Below are positions 50,149 to 60,123 of a stretch of 64,000 nt of DNA, in pieces. A model generated the notes under the pieces. It was not told where the DNA came from, did not search any database, and saw only the letters and a program-made list of their open reading frames with translations. The stretch is from Oligoflexales bacterium (GTDB lineage: Bacteria > Bdellovibrionota_B > Oligoflexia > Oligoflexales > CAIYRB01). How positions within the stretch are numbered: the stretch's first letter is position 1; every line of letters begins with the position of its first letter. The translations under genes were made by a program, and so were the position numbers. The stretch lies in the NCBI GenBank assembly GCA_041736175.1, contig JBGSUI010000240.1, positions 48,415 through 112,414 of the forward strand, given 5' to 3'.

Positions 50149-50661
50149 TCATTGAACTTGAACTGATTCACCAACCACAGGGTCCTTTAGAGCTGCCTGG
50201 AGTATCGCCTCTTTTTCAGCACTTAGCGAAGTCTTGAAGACCGTTCCGCCAAATCCTTTGAGTTTGGCTAAAACTTTATCTTCGGTACTTCTTCGGATCA
50301 AAGCAAATAGCGCTGAACCGCCCAAAGGAATGGATTGGGCGCTTTGACGCATAAACTCGTCGTTGATTCCATAGTCAGAAACCGATCCACTGAAGGCGCC
50401 AAATGCGGCGCCAGTTGCTGCTCCTAAGAGGGGATTGAAGAAAAGCGTGCCGATCAAAAGACCCCAAAAACTGCCACTGGCAGCGCCTGAAGCCGTAAGG
50501 TTTAATGATTGATGGAGTTTAATCTTTCCCTTCTCGTCCTTAGTCACGACGACTAAGTCATCAAGATCCACAAGGTATTCTTTTTTAAGCTGGAGGAGTT
50601 CTAGTCTGAGTGCGTCTGCCTTAAATGCGTCGTCAAACGCTATTCCAATTAAAGTGCTCAT
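50149..50661 (-). CDS. DUF1269 family membrane protein
   Basis: GAASGSFWGLLIGTLFFNPLLG...DYGINDEF...SALF. Confidence 0.88.
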   Translation of the reverse strand: MSTLIGIAFDDAFKADALRLELLQLKKEYLVDLDDLVVVTKDEKGKIKLHQSLNLTASGAASGSFWGLLIGTLFFNPLLGAATGAAFGAFSGSVSDYGINDEFMRQSAQSIPLGGSALFALIRRSTEDKVLAKLKGFGGTVFKTSLSAEKEAILQAALKDPVVGESVQVQ

Positions 50662-50826
50662 GCATGTAGCTCCAAAAATTTAGTTAAAATCCATTCTCGC
50701 GGTTCAAGGCGCATAGTACTCTGAAACCACCGGCCATACAACATTTGGCAGGTATGCGCTGAAAATGCCTGCTATCCGCCTCCTCCCCGCTATTCCCATT
50801 AAATGTGGGAATTCACACTATTTGGC

Positions 50827-50842
50827 TGGCACCAATCTTGCT
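50827..50842 (+). promoter_or_regulatory. Sigma54 -24/-12 promoter of hsp20
   Basis: Exact consensus TGGCAC-CAATC-TTGCT. Confidence 0.75.
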
Positions 50843-50939
50843 GGCTTTTAACTCGGGGGGTCCCAGTGACACCTAGATACAGTGGGCCTTTTCCGTGGTA
50901 TGGGTACGCTAACATCATCTTAACTTAAGGAGGTGTATC

Positions 50940-51425
50940 ATGCTTAAATCACTGAGTAAGAACCTTGCTCCAACCCCAGCCCGTAGCAGTCGGGATCCGT
51001 TGAGCGAAATGCGGTCGCTGATGTCTCGATTCTTTGAGGATCTAAGTCTGCCGCGAGCAAGTTGGGACGATTGGACCGCAGACGGGCGATTTCAGCCAAA
51101 AGTGGAACTCCACGAGTCTCCAGAATCCATAGATGTGATCGTGGAACTTGCAGGCATCGAAGAAAAAGATATCGATCTAGAGGTCACCAGAGATGCACTT
51201 AGTATAAGGGGCGAAAAACACTATGAAACCGATAAAAAAGAAAAGAATTGTCACTATTCGGAAAGGGCCTATGGGAGTTTTTACCGCAGCATACCGCTCC
51301 CGGCAGAGGTAGATCGGGAAAAAGCAGAGGCCCATTTTAAACAGGGACTGCTAAAAATTAAGCTACCAAAGTCTCCCGCGGCAAAAACAGATGTTCGCAA
51401 GATTGCAGTAAAAGTCGAAAAATAA
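50940..51425 (+). CDS. Hsp20/alpha-crystallin small heat-shock protein
   Basis: ERAYGSFYRSIPLP, AHFKQGLLKIKLPK. Confidence 0.95.
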   Translation: MLKSLSKNLAPTPARSSRDPLSEMRSLMSRFFEDLSLPRASWDDWTADGRFQPKVELHESPESIDVIVELAGIEEKDIDLEVTRDALSIRGEKHYETDKKEKNCHYSERAYGSFYRSIPLPAEVDREKAEAHFKQGLLKIKLPKSPAAKTDVRKIAVKVEK

Positions 51426-51537
51426 ATTTTGCTTAAATCCTTTGAGAGCAGTCGCTGTATTTTGCGGGAAGATCATGACTAGTCTAAGTTGCTCGTGTAT
51501 GGTGGTGACGGTTTTTAGCTCTCAAAGGGAGATTCTG

Positions 51538-53469
51538 ATGATGGATTGGTTGAAGTTAAAGCATAAACTTGATGCCCTAGTGGCCGCCATGAAACAAGCC
51601 GAAGAGAGGGGGGTGGCGCAGCAGCCTGCTGTAATCACAGAGCAGCTTCCTTCCCTGCGTAATTTTATTCACTATCTGGCCCTACGCCAGAAAGATGTAC
51701 GCAGCTTGCAGCTGGAGCTGGCCGACCTGGGGCTCTCGTCTTTTGGTCGCAGTGAGGGTTATGTGATGGGAAGCCTTCAGGCGATTTCAGACCGGATCAA
51801 CGACGCCCTACTGCACCATAAAACTGTACAGTCTGCGACGCCATTGCCATTGCCATTGCCATTGAGCCCTCTCTCATGGAAACGAAGCGAAAGCATCCTC
51901 CACAAAAATACCCGAAAAATTTTTGGTCCTAAACCTGAAAATCGCCATGTTTATATTATGGTGACTGCACCCCAGGTTGGTTTAGCCAACGAAGGATGGT
52001 TCGACCAACTCCTCGACGCGGGGATGAATATCCTCAGACTTAACGCGGCCCATGAGTCTATCGACGGGATTTTTCAGCTGTTCCAGATGGCCCGCAAGCG
52101 AGCCCAGCTTAAAAAAAAGCCATTAAAAATCCTAGTCGATGTCCCTGGTCCTAAACTACGGACTGAATCCATAAACCCTGGAATTCCGATCCTTAAACTT
52201 AGACCCGCCCGCGCCGTCGATGGGCGTGTGACAAAACCTGCGTGGGTCGAGATCCATACCTCTCAGGATACCCTCAATCCTTTCTCGACCGAGCCGCAGC
52301 TTTTAATGACCGAGAGCCGGGACCTCGCTGTCGGAACCACACTCTCCTTTCGAGATCTCCGAAACAAAAAGAGAACGATGATCGTCATCGAACAGCTTAG
52401 ATCGGAACAACCAGCCTATCGATGCCTGCTAAACCATACGGCCTATTTGAGTCCCCAAACCCATATCCGCTGGAATCCAAAACCAAATGGGAATGGCCCG
52501 ACCAAAAAACTCCGAGGAATTTTAACCCACAATGAATACGTCCCCTGGTCAGCAAAGGTCCCTGTCGGTGGGCTCTTTGGTTTGGTTCGCGAAGGCATCA
52601 CCTTGGACCAAATGCCCCAAGGACTACGAAATCTCCCAGTTATGGGAACCTGTGATGCTATTTTTGAGGCTCTCGCCCTAAACACGTCTGTGATATTTGA
52701 CGACGGCAAGATCGTCACCCAAGTGTGCCAGGTTTACCCCGAAGGAGTCATCCTCCGAGTGGATCAAGCTATCAAAGGTTTCGCCCGCCTTAGGGCCGCG
52801 ATGGGGATCAACCTCCCCGGAGTCAATCTTAAGCTCCCCGCTCTCTCCCCCGAAGACCTCACGCTGATCGATGCGGTCAAAGACCATGTGGATCTCTTAG
52901 GAATCTCCTTTGTGCGCTCCGTAGCTGATATGGATGCTGTCAAAGAAGCCATAGGAACCTCACCCGTTCCCCTGATGATCAAGGTCGAAACCCATTCCGG
53001 TTTTCAAAACCTCCCAGAAATTCTCTTATCGATCCTAGGGCAACGTAACATCTCCGTGATGATCGCGCGGGGAGACTTGGCCGTGGAATGTGGGTTCGAG
53101 CGTCTTGCCGAGGTGCAAGAGGAGATTTTGTGGCTTTGTGAAGCGGCCCATATCCCTGTCGTCTGGGCCACACAGGTCCTAGAGACCCTAGCCAAGACGG
53201 GGATCCCCACACGGGCGGAAATCACCGATGCTGCCATGTCAGTCCGTGCCGAATGCGTAATGTTAAACAAAGGACAGTATATCGCCAACGCTGTAAAATC
53301 CCTAGACTCGATCCTGATGCGTATGGAAGCCCATCAATACAAAAAGCGACAGCTCTACCGCCCCCTTAAATTAAGCGTGCCAGCCTATATCACTGAGTCT
53401 AAGGATGACTCTATTGGTCCAACGTCCCAGGTGATCGCAACCCAACCGCCAGAGATCAGCCTCCATTGA
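51538..53469 (+). CDS. pyk: Pyruvate kinase, long variant
   Basis: GMNILRLN..H, DVPGPKLRT, IKVET, MIARGDLAVE, WATQVLE, PTRAEITDA. Confidence 0.9.
   Translation: MMDWLKLKHKLDALVAAMKQAEERGVAQQPAVITEQLPSLRNFIHYLALRQKDVRSLQLELADLGLSSFGRSEGYVMGSLQAISDRINDALLHHKTVQSATPLPLPLPLSPLSWKRSESILHKNTRKIFGPKPENRHVYIMVTAPQVGLANEGWFDQLLDAGMNILRLNAAHESIDGIFQLFQMARKRAQLKKKPLKILVDVPGPKLRTESINPGIPILKLRPARAVDGRVTKPAWVEIHTSQDTLNPFSTEPQLLMTESRDLAVGTTLSFRDLRNKKRTMIVIEQLRSEQPAYRCLLNHTAYLSPQTHIRWNPKPNGNGPTKKLRGILTHNEYVPWSAKVPVGGLFGLVREGITLDQMPQGLRNLPVMGTCDAIFEALALNTSVIFDDGKIVTQVCQVYPEGVILRVDQAIKGFARLRAAMGINLPGVNLKLPALSPEDLTLIDAVKDHVDLLGISFVRSVADMDAVKEAIGTSPVPLMIKVETHSGFQNLPEILLSILGQRNISVMIARGDLAVECGFERLAEVQEEILWLCEAAHIPVVWATQVLETLAKTGIPTRAEITDAAMSVRAECVMLNKGQYIANAVKSLDSILMRMEAHQYKKRQLYRPLKLSVPAYITESKDDSIGPTSQVIATQPPEISLH
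51841..51864 (+). repeat. In-frame hexamer tandem repeat (CCATTG)x4
   Basis: Encodes PLPLPLPL inside pyk. Confidence 0.85.
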
Positions 53470-53493
53470 GGCTGATCTCTATTTATATCCCTT

Positions 53494-54651
53494 TTAGAGG
53501 TACTTTAAGATGCCTAAGGTGGAGTTCTGCTTCACCTTGCCAAACCAGCGAGAAGGAATATAAAGAAGGCTCACCAGAAGGATCCAAGCTACATAAATTC
53601 CAAAGATTCCAAAACCCACAAATAGGGTTTTTTCGCCTCCCTGAAAAACCGGCATATAGGACCCTATGGATTTGGATAGGTCGCCCGCCAAGTGGATCAC
53701 TGGTAGATGAATGAGATAGAAAAACAGTGGAACTCTGCCAAAAACCACGAGGGGATTTAGGGCCGTCACGGAAATCTTTTCGATAAGCCCCAAGACAATT
53801 AAAGCAGGCCCTAGGGTCATCAACACATAAAGCAACGATGGTGGATACTTGGTACAGTTGATAAAAGAGAATACAGTAAATAACTCTGAGTTTTGATAGC
53901 TCCAGGGATGGGGGTCGCCATAGAGGTTTATCAGGCGCAATGCGACAAACCCAATGCACAGCAAGCCTCCGCTCATCCAACAAAGCCTTGAGCGATTTCT
54001 TTCCGTTTTCAACCAAAGCTCTCCAAAAGCGTAGCCTAAGGCGATCACTCCCACCCACGGCAGCACTGGATAGTAAGTAAAAACCTTGACCCCTGGAGCC
54101 AGGTAAAACCCGTTTGGCTCGTGGAGGATCATCCATAGCCATGAAAAGTCTTCGAAGCGTGAAGCCGAAACTCCGTCCAAAAGATTATGAAGTCCGGTGA
54201 TTCCTAGTCCCACCAGCCCCACGAGACTCCACGGCAAAAAGGTGAGGAGTGACATCACCATCATCGCAACCCCAATCGCCCAGATCACTTGGAGCGCGAT
54301 GGACTGGTAGCTTAGATCAAAGACCCGGCCAAACCGAACCAAGGTGACTTCGAGAAAGACCAGCCAGAGCCCCCTAAGAAACAGAGATTTAGCTTGTTGT
54401 ACAGAGCCGGCACCCTGTTTTTGTGCAGATAGATACGCCAGACGAATGGCCATCCCCGCGAGAAAAACAAACACTGGCGCACAAAAATGGGTGATCCAGC
54501 GGGTGAGAAAGTAGCTCCCGCTGGTTTTTGTGAGGTCAAGGGGATTAAACCCTCCCGCGGAAAAAAAATCCCGGGTATGATCTAAAGCCATCAGCACCAT
54601 CACGGCACCACGCAACCAATCGATGCTGGTATTGCGACTATTCTTTGCCAT
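53494..54651 (-). CDS. DUF1624 / heparan-alpha-glucosaminide N-acetyltransferase-like membrane protein
   Basis: SIDWLRGAVMVLMALDHTRD, THFCAPVFVFLAG, KYPPSL. Confidence 0.9.
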   Translation of the reverse strand: MAKNSRNTSIDWLRGAVMVLMALDHTRDFFSAGGFNPLDLTKTSGSYFLTRWITHFCAPVFVFLAGMAIRLAYLSAQKQGAGSVQQAKSLFLRGLWLVFLEVTLVRFGRVFDLSYQSIALQVIWAIGVAMMVMSLLTFLPWSLVGLVGLGITGLHNLLDGVSASRFEDFSWLWMILHEPNGFYLAPGVKVFTYYPVLPWVGVIALGYAFGELWLKTERNRSRLCWMSGGLLCIGFVALRLINLYGDPHPWSYQNSELFTVFSFINCTKYPPSLLYVLMTLGPALIVLGLIEKISVTALNPLVVFGRVPLFFYLIHLPVIHLAGDLSKSIGSYMPVFQGGEKTLFVGFGIFGIYVAWILLVSLLYIPSRWFGKVKQNSTLGILKYL

Positions 54652-54743
54652 CGGGACTATCCTTGGTGGTTAAAGGGGGTGTTTAGGATTCTCAAAATAA
54701 TCTCCTACGCTATGATCTGCTATTTGAGGCACCTCCCACCGAT

Positions 54744-55565
54744 TTACAGATAGAACAAATCGGCTAAAAAGCACACGACGTCTTCTTCGGGTGATGGAGC
54801 GACTAGTTTACGCGTCTTCTCGACAAAATCCAGCAGCATCTCCCGAAGCAAGTCGATATCGCTGCCGCTCATCGCATATAGTGTCGTGTAATGAATATTT
54901 CTCGAATCACCTTCTGTGATCTTGGCCAGTGAACGGTGTCGCCATTGAAAGTGGTTTGAGATGTTCAATGGGGATTCGCGGTTTACATGGATGTCCTGGA
55001 CGATGCTCTTAAATAGACCGTTCTCCTCTCTCACAAATCCCATCCGTTTGAGTTCGTCAAGGACAGTATGCAAGACTGGCTTTGGGACGTTCAAACGCTG
55101 GACCATGGCGTCAACCGTCTGATACTCTCTGACGCTTGCCAATACGTGGACGGCGGGAAAGATCCAATTGGAATAATAGGCAACACGGTCATCACGGGCG
55201 GTCACGCGTTCCGCGGGAGCGACTCGGTTGGAGACTTGCTTGTGCTTTTTTTGCAAACTGTTAATTTTTTTATGCAGGAAATCTTGCAGATCCTTGCTAC
55301 TGGACCTTTCGAGCTGTACCAGTGACAGAAAAAACTCGGCTCGGTCGTCGTTGAATTCCCAGAAGGCGCACAGCGATGCGGCTTGATCCATAGTCAGCTG
55401 CACGTGGGAGTTGAGGACCTGGGACAAATAGGATGGACGGCATTGGGCCGCCTCAGCCAGCTTCTTCTGGTATCCTCGCTCGCCTCTGTGGGCAGCAATG
55501 TCTGCGCGGATATACAGGCGATAGTCGCGAAAAGCAAAGACATCGCGTTTAGCATTTTCACTCAT
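54744..55565 (-). CDS. TIGR02147-like protein, copy 3
   Basis: VFAFRDYRLYI, LAEAAQCRPSYLSQVL..LTMDQ, YYSNWIFPAVHV, NHFQWR, VVCFLADLF. Confidence 0.85.
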   Translation of the reverse strand: MSENAKRDVFAFRDYRLYIRADIAAHRGERGYQKKLAEAAQCRPSYLSQVLNSHVQLTMDQAASLCAFWEFNDDRAEFFLSLVQLERSSSKDLQDFLHKKINSLQKKHKQVSNRVAPAERVTARDDRVAYYSNWIFPAVHVLASVREYQTVDAMVQRLNVPKPVLHTVLDELKRMGFVREENGLFKSIVQDIHVNRESPLNISNHFQWRHRSLAKITEGDSRNIHYTTLYAMSGSDIDLLREMLLDFVEKTRKLVAPSPEEDVVCFLADLFYL

Positions 55566-55747
55566 ATAAACAGACTCTTAGATGGCATTTATTAAGTTCT
55601 TATAATCGATACGATCCTAAGTTTATAACAAACTCCTTTTAAGAGCTACCCCACCAGTGTTAGAAGATGCGGGTTAGAAGTTAATATTATTTATTGCCTT
55701 AGATATCGACGAGCCCCATTTTGGTGTTGGCGCTGCCAAAGCTCGTG
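55507..55747 (+). repeat. Duplicated segment, copy A (regulator 5' end, intergenic region, protease remnant)
   Basis: 55507-55692 aligns with 59908-60093; 55698-55747 aligns with 60294-60343. Confidence 0.92.
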
Positions 55748-55809
55748 GTGGGATTGCCGGTATCGCTGGGGCAATGGCTGCTCTAGTCGATATGTTTACC
55801 TAGCACTTC

Positions 55810-56100
55810 CTAAAAACGGAAGCCAAACAGACAAGCACCGTCTGGTTTGTCCTTTAACTCCAACCTAACATAGTCGCTGACCATCAATTCTGGTTCTAAA
55901 AGATTTGTTGGTACTTTGTCCGAGTTTAGGCAACAAATGTACTGAAATCCATGTTCCTCCGAAGTCGCCTTGGCTAGCTTAATCGCAGATGCGATCTGTC
56001 GTTCATCGACATCGGCAAAAACAGAGCTGTCATGAAACAGAAATTTAGGGTTGTGCGGTTTCCTAGCCTGGATTCCCACAGTAAAGTTCCTAATTAACAT
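55810..56100 (-). pseudogene. C-terminal remnant of a DUF2326 (ABC-three-component ATPase) gene
   Basis: FLFHDSSVFADVDERQ...GFQYICCLNSDKVP...LFGFRF. Confidence 0.75.
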
Positions 56101-56195
56101 TTGCGATGTAGATGCCCGATAATACGTGAAAAAATATTTAATCTCGTCGAATTTTTTTACTTAAGACCTACAAAATCGCAACGCTTCTTTTAAGT

Positions 56196-56597
56196 TGACA
56201 AAGATAAAAATGCTGAAGCACTGCGATCGCTTTTTGTAGAAAAAGGGAAAAAACTTTCACCGCCAGCGATAGCCCAAATTTTAAAGAAAAATGGCTTTAC
56301 CCGTTTACCTCGTCGTACGCGTGATAACAGACTAAATTCTACGGAGGTATCCCCAGATCCCGCACCGACCTCAGATGTAAACAAATTTAGCCCGAATGGA
56401 TCTTTTACCACTAAGCTTGGCGTTCCTCGTTTGGGATTCGGAGAATACCCACTTTTGTTTTGGAAACGCGGATATACCTTCAGGAAAACAGGCCGATGAA
56501 ATCCTGAAATTTGCTGAATACTGGAAAAACCGTCAAGGTGGCGAAAATTGCTATCCGAAGGAATTAATATTTGATTCGACCTTGACAACCTATTCCG
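56196..56597 (+). mobile_element. Internally deleted transposase remnant
   Basis: LSPPAIAQILKKNGFTRLPRR...FTTK joined out of frame to FCFGNADI...EILKFAEYWK...LIFDSTLTTY. Confidence 0.55.
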
Positions 56598-56785
56598 ATG
56601 CTTTTGAAGGCCTTCCGGTCCTCCTTGGTGGATTTTCAGGTGAGGGATTGCAGAATGATTTTAGAAACGGCACTCCAAATGCGATGAATATCCTCCTCTG
56701 GCAAATCGTCCTGTCGAAATTTGCGGGCGATGTGGCAACCTCCTGCGGCACTGACAACAACCCCGTGTCCCTTGGCTACAGTGAT

Positions 56786-59377
56786 TTAGATGGCCTGCCA
56801 TTTGTCGATACCATCGCAGACAAGGCGTACTGCGGTACCAGGACTACCGAGTGAGTAAGTGCCTGCTATAGAAGGAGAAACTGAGATCGTTGCCGCGGAA
56901 GCACTCCGGTTGGCGATGGTCAAAAGCCTTCCAACCATCTGAGTGGTACAACTCATCAAGTTGACCGTAAAGGTGCTTGTTGACGTGATAATGATGATGA
57001 CATCATCTGGTAAGACTGTATAGGCGGAGCCCGTTGAGATCACGACGGTCTTAACAGATACGCTCCCATTCATAGAGACTCCGGTGCCATGCACCGTCAT
57101 TCTCGAGACTGGGATCTGGTCTACCATTCCCGTATTTCCCGGTGGCACAGCCTGAAAATCAATCTTCGAAGATCCCGTTCCTGTTGCTATTCCTGAAGCG
57201 AGGATCAAGTCACCACCGTTGATATTAGATCCAGAACCCGCGCCACCGCTTTTTATGGTCAAAGAACTTCCTGCAGTGGCACTTATGTTTCTTTCCACAT
57301 TAAGCATTTTAGGAACAGTCCCACCAAAACTTAAATTTCCAGTTGGGTTCGACGTCCCAATCCCGACCTTCCCATCGGGTTTAACCACCATGGCCTCGGT
57401 GCCATTTGGGGCGATTGAAATCGGCACTCCAGGCCCTGATTTTACCGCTAGACTTCCATTTGTATTATCAAGGGATAGGTAGCCGTAGTACGAACTCGTT
57501 CCGAGCTTAATCTCGCTATTTCCAGTGGTAGCTTGAACAAACACCAGCGATGCGCCAGCACCGGAAACATGAAGCTTATAGGCTGGTGAAGAGGTCCCCA
57601 CCCCAATATTTCCAGCCATCAGGGATGTGATATCGGAATTGTTCCCTGATTCTGCAGCCCCCATGGTGGTGCGAGCAGCACCTAGCGAAGTGAACCCAGT
57701 CCCACCCAGTGATTCAGGCAAAATTCCCGTAACCGCTGAACTCGAAGCCAGGTTTACCTGACCAAAAGTAGGCTCTCCAGCTCCATTGGCTACGAGCACT
57801 TGGCTAGAGGTACCCGCAGCGGTCGTAGTCATGCTCGTTGCACCAGAGTTAAAGTAAGGAACGCCATAAGCCGTCCCCGAGCTCATCCCCGTGCCACCCC
57901 TGCCCACAGATAGCGTGCCTGAGACCTCAGTTGCTAAATCGATTGGACCTCCCCAAGCTGTGGTAACCCGCCCCTGGGCATTCACAGTTATGTTTGCCCG
58001 GTTGTAGGACGCCGCTGTGACGCCGCTATTGTTCAGCCCCACCGTGACAGTCCCGCCAGAAGTTGAGACCGAGAGCCCCGTCCCGTCGCCCACGATAGAA
58101 CCAACCTTTCCCGTGAATGAATCGTAATCGCTTTTGGAAATCAGTCCGGCGGCGACCGAGGTTGCCGAAGCCATGGGGATGTTTAGGGTGTGGGTACTCC
58201 CACTAGAAGAAAAAGCCGGTGCAGTACCAGAAGTTCCAAACGCAAAAGTCTGTGATCCACCAGTCAGCCCGTTAAGGCTCGTGATCCCAGCTCCTGCCAC
58301 TCCTAAACTTTGGGCAATAGTACCGTCAAAAAACCGCATCAGATTGGTATCGCTGTTGTACCAGGTTTTACCTTTATTGGTTGTTCCACCCGCTACCAAT
58401 CCAGCCACCAATGTGGTCTCTTGGGCAGTTGTAAAAGTTCCCAGCTGGAGAGATTTCTCGGGGCTCAAAGTCAAATTTCCCGTCATAATCACCGAGCCAT
58501 CTTTTTTAAAGACCTGGTCGCCGAGAGTATCCAGAGCGGCTTGGGACGCCTTTCCATTAAACGTAGCCCAGTCAGTGCTGGTCAGATATCCCGGAGACGT
58601 ACTCGAAGCCGGAGCCATCGAGAGGGCAGGAGTCGTCGTGCCATTAGACACGGTGAAGGGCAAGGTCGCGCTGACACTGGTAACCGTCCCGGAGCCACCG
58701 GCACTGATGGTCTGGGGTGCCCAGGAGCTGCCGTTAAAGACCAAGGCTTGGCCTGGTGCTGGCGGTGTGGCGGTGACGTCTTTGCCCTGGATCCCCGAGG
58801 CATAGACAGGTCTTGAGGAGTCGGTTTTTTGGGCGATGGCTGCTTCGAGCCCTGCCACTTTGCTCATGGGTAAGCTGTTGACGGTGAGCCGACCGTCGGT
58901 GTCAAAGGTGATCGCACTCTGGTCCACGGGGACCTTGAAGGCGTAGGGGACGGCTGTCAGGCGTTGCCGAGGATAGGCGGTCCGGTTGGTGGTGTCAGTC
59001 ACCTCGACCCAGGTGGCTACGTTGGGTGCAAAGACCAGATGGGACTCACCGGGGGTTAGCTCGGAAAGGTCCACCTGGAAGACTCCGTCTGCTAGGGTCA
59101 CCCCCCGTTTGACGATGGGGCTGACGGGCACCGGTGCGCCGCCGGCTGCGTCCCGGTAAAATTTAAGCTCCAGGTCGACGGGACCTCTGACGGCCTCGCC
59201 GAACGTGTTGGCGAGGCGTCCGCTATAGCTAAACTGGTAGGGAGACCCTTGGGCGGGTGTCGCGAGGAGCCCGACGGTCAGGACCGTCGACATGAGTTTT
59301 AGAGGATAGCCCACCCCCACAAAAGCCCGTTTGCTCGCGGGGAGTCTGAAAAATCTTGGTAGTGGTTGGTAGCTCAT
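56786..59377 (-). CDS. Phage-tail-fibre-like mosaic adhesin
   Basis: N-terminal YSGRL...GVFQVDL...WVEV...PRQRLTAVPYA; G/S/T-rich fibre modules; GNIGVGTSSP / GKVGIGTSNP repeats. Confidence 0.8.
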   Translation of the reverse strand: MSYQPLPRFFRLPASKRAFVGVGYPLKLMSTVLTVGLLATPAQGSPYQFSYSGRLANTFGEAVRGPVDLELKFYRDAAGGAPVPVSPIVKRGVTLADGVFQVDLSELTPGESHLVFAPNVATWVEVTDTTNRTAYPRQRLTAVPYAFKVPVDQSAITFDTDGRLTVNSLPMSKVAGLEAAIAQKTDSSRPVYASGIQGKDVTATPPAPGQALVFNGSSWAPQTISAGGSGTVTSVSATLPFTVSNGTTTPALSMAPASSTSPGYLTSTDWATFNGKASQAALDTLGDQVFKKDGSVIMTGNLTLSPEKSLQLGTFTTAQETTLVAGLVAGGTTNKGKTWYNSDTNLMRFFDGTIAQSLGVAGAGITSLNGLTGGSQTFAFGTSGTAPAFSSSGSTHTLNIPMASATSVAAGLISKSDYDSFTGKVGSIVGDGTGLSVSTSGGTVTVGLNNSGVTAASYNRANITVNAQGRVTTAWGGPIDLATEVSGTLSVGRGGTGMSSGTAYGVPYFNSGATSMTTTAAGTSSQVLVANGAGEPTFGQVNLASSSAVTGILPESLGGTGFTSLGAARTTMGAAESGNNSDITSLMAGNIGVGTSSPAYKLHVSGAGASLVFVQATTGNSEIKLGTSSYYGYLSLDNTNGSLAVKSGPGVPISIAPNGTEAMVVKPDGKVGIGTSNPTGNLSFGGTVPKMLNVERNISATAGSSLTIKSGGAGSGSNINGGDLILASGIATGTGSSKIDFQAVPPGNTGMVDQIPVSRMTVHGTGVSMNGSVSVKTVVISTGSAYTVLPDDVIIIITSTSTFTVNLMSCTTQMVGRLLTIANRSASAATISVSPSIAGTYSLGSPGTAVRLVCDGIDKWQAI

Positions 59378-59465
59378 AGGTTGACTCCGTCCTTAAAATT
59401 TAGGTTTATGAACCCGTGCCCCTTGACGTTCATTTTGCCTAGCTGCAGTTAGGGTCTTAAAGAAT

Positions 59466-59492
59466 CCATCGGCTCCCACCTCCAAAACTTAA
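59466..59492 (-). promoter_or_regulatory. FliA/sigma28-like promoter of the fibre gene
   Basis: TTAAG-N14-GCCGATGG. Confidence 0.5.
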
Positions 59493-59907
59493 CATTTTGC
59501 TGTTTTGTTGATATTTTTAGGTCCTTACACCTCTGCAATAGTCAAGGTCTCTAAAAGCTCCAGATTACCAACAACCACCTAAAATCATTGGAGTAAAATT
59601 TATACTAAAGCCTTAAAAATCACTAAAAACCGAACACCTCTGGGTGTTTTACAGCCAAGGATGCTAGTGTCGCATGCAAAACGATGAGTTGATCCAAATT
59701 TATCAAAAGGGCAGAGGAGACCCATGGACCAGACGCCATCCGACAACCGCGCCAGTGAAGCCAGGCGGACACTTGACCTCTTGAGTATTCCGAAACCAGA
59801 CGGAGTGAGTTACGGGTCTTACCTGAAAGTCAGGTAATCTTAACGTTCAATGGCTTCCCCGATAGGACCCCAAGTCCTCGTTGCCTATTCTTGGTCGACC
59901 ACTCCCC

Positions 59908-60093
59908 CGGATACACAGGAGATAGTCCCGAAAAGCAAAGACATCGCGTTTAGAATTTTCACTCATATAAACAGACTCTTAGACTGGATTCGTTAAGCTC
60001 TTATAATCGGAACGATCCTAAGTTTATAACAAACTCCTTTTAAGAGCTACCCCACCAGTGTTAGAAGATGCGGGTTAGAAGTTAATATTATTT
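59908..60093 (+). repeat. Duplicated segment, copy B, including about 20 codons of a TIGR02147 remnant (minus strand, ATG at 59966)
   Basis: Near-identical to 55507-55692; translates MSENSKRDVFAFRDYL before homology ends. Confidence 0.92.
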
Positions 60094-60123
60094 GTTGAAT
60101 CTCATAAAAATAAGGTTAGTTTT

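Noticed and set aside
53483..54142. 219-aa ORF overlapping DUF1624, and other long shadow ORFs (58134-58805, 22322-22915, 62498-63010)
   Set aside because: These are alternate-frame or antisense shadows of well-supported genes or fragments and have no motifs.
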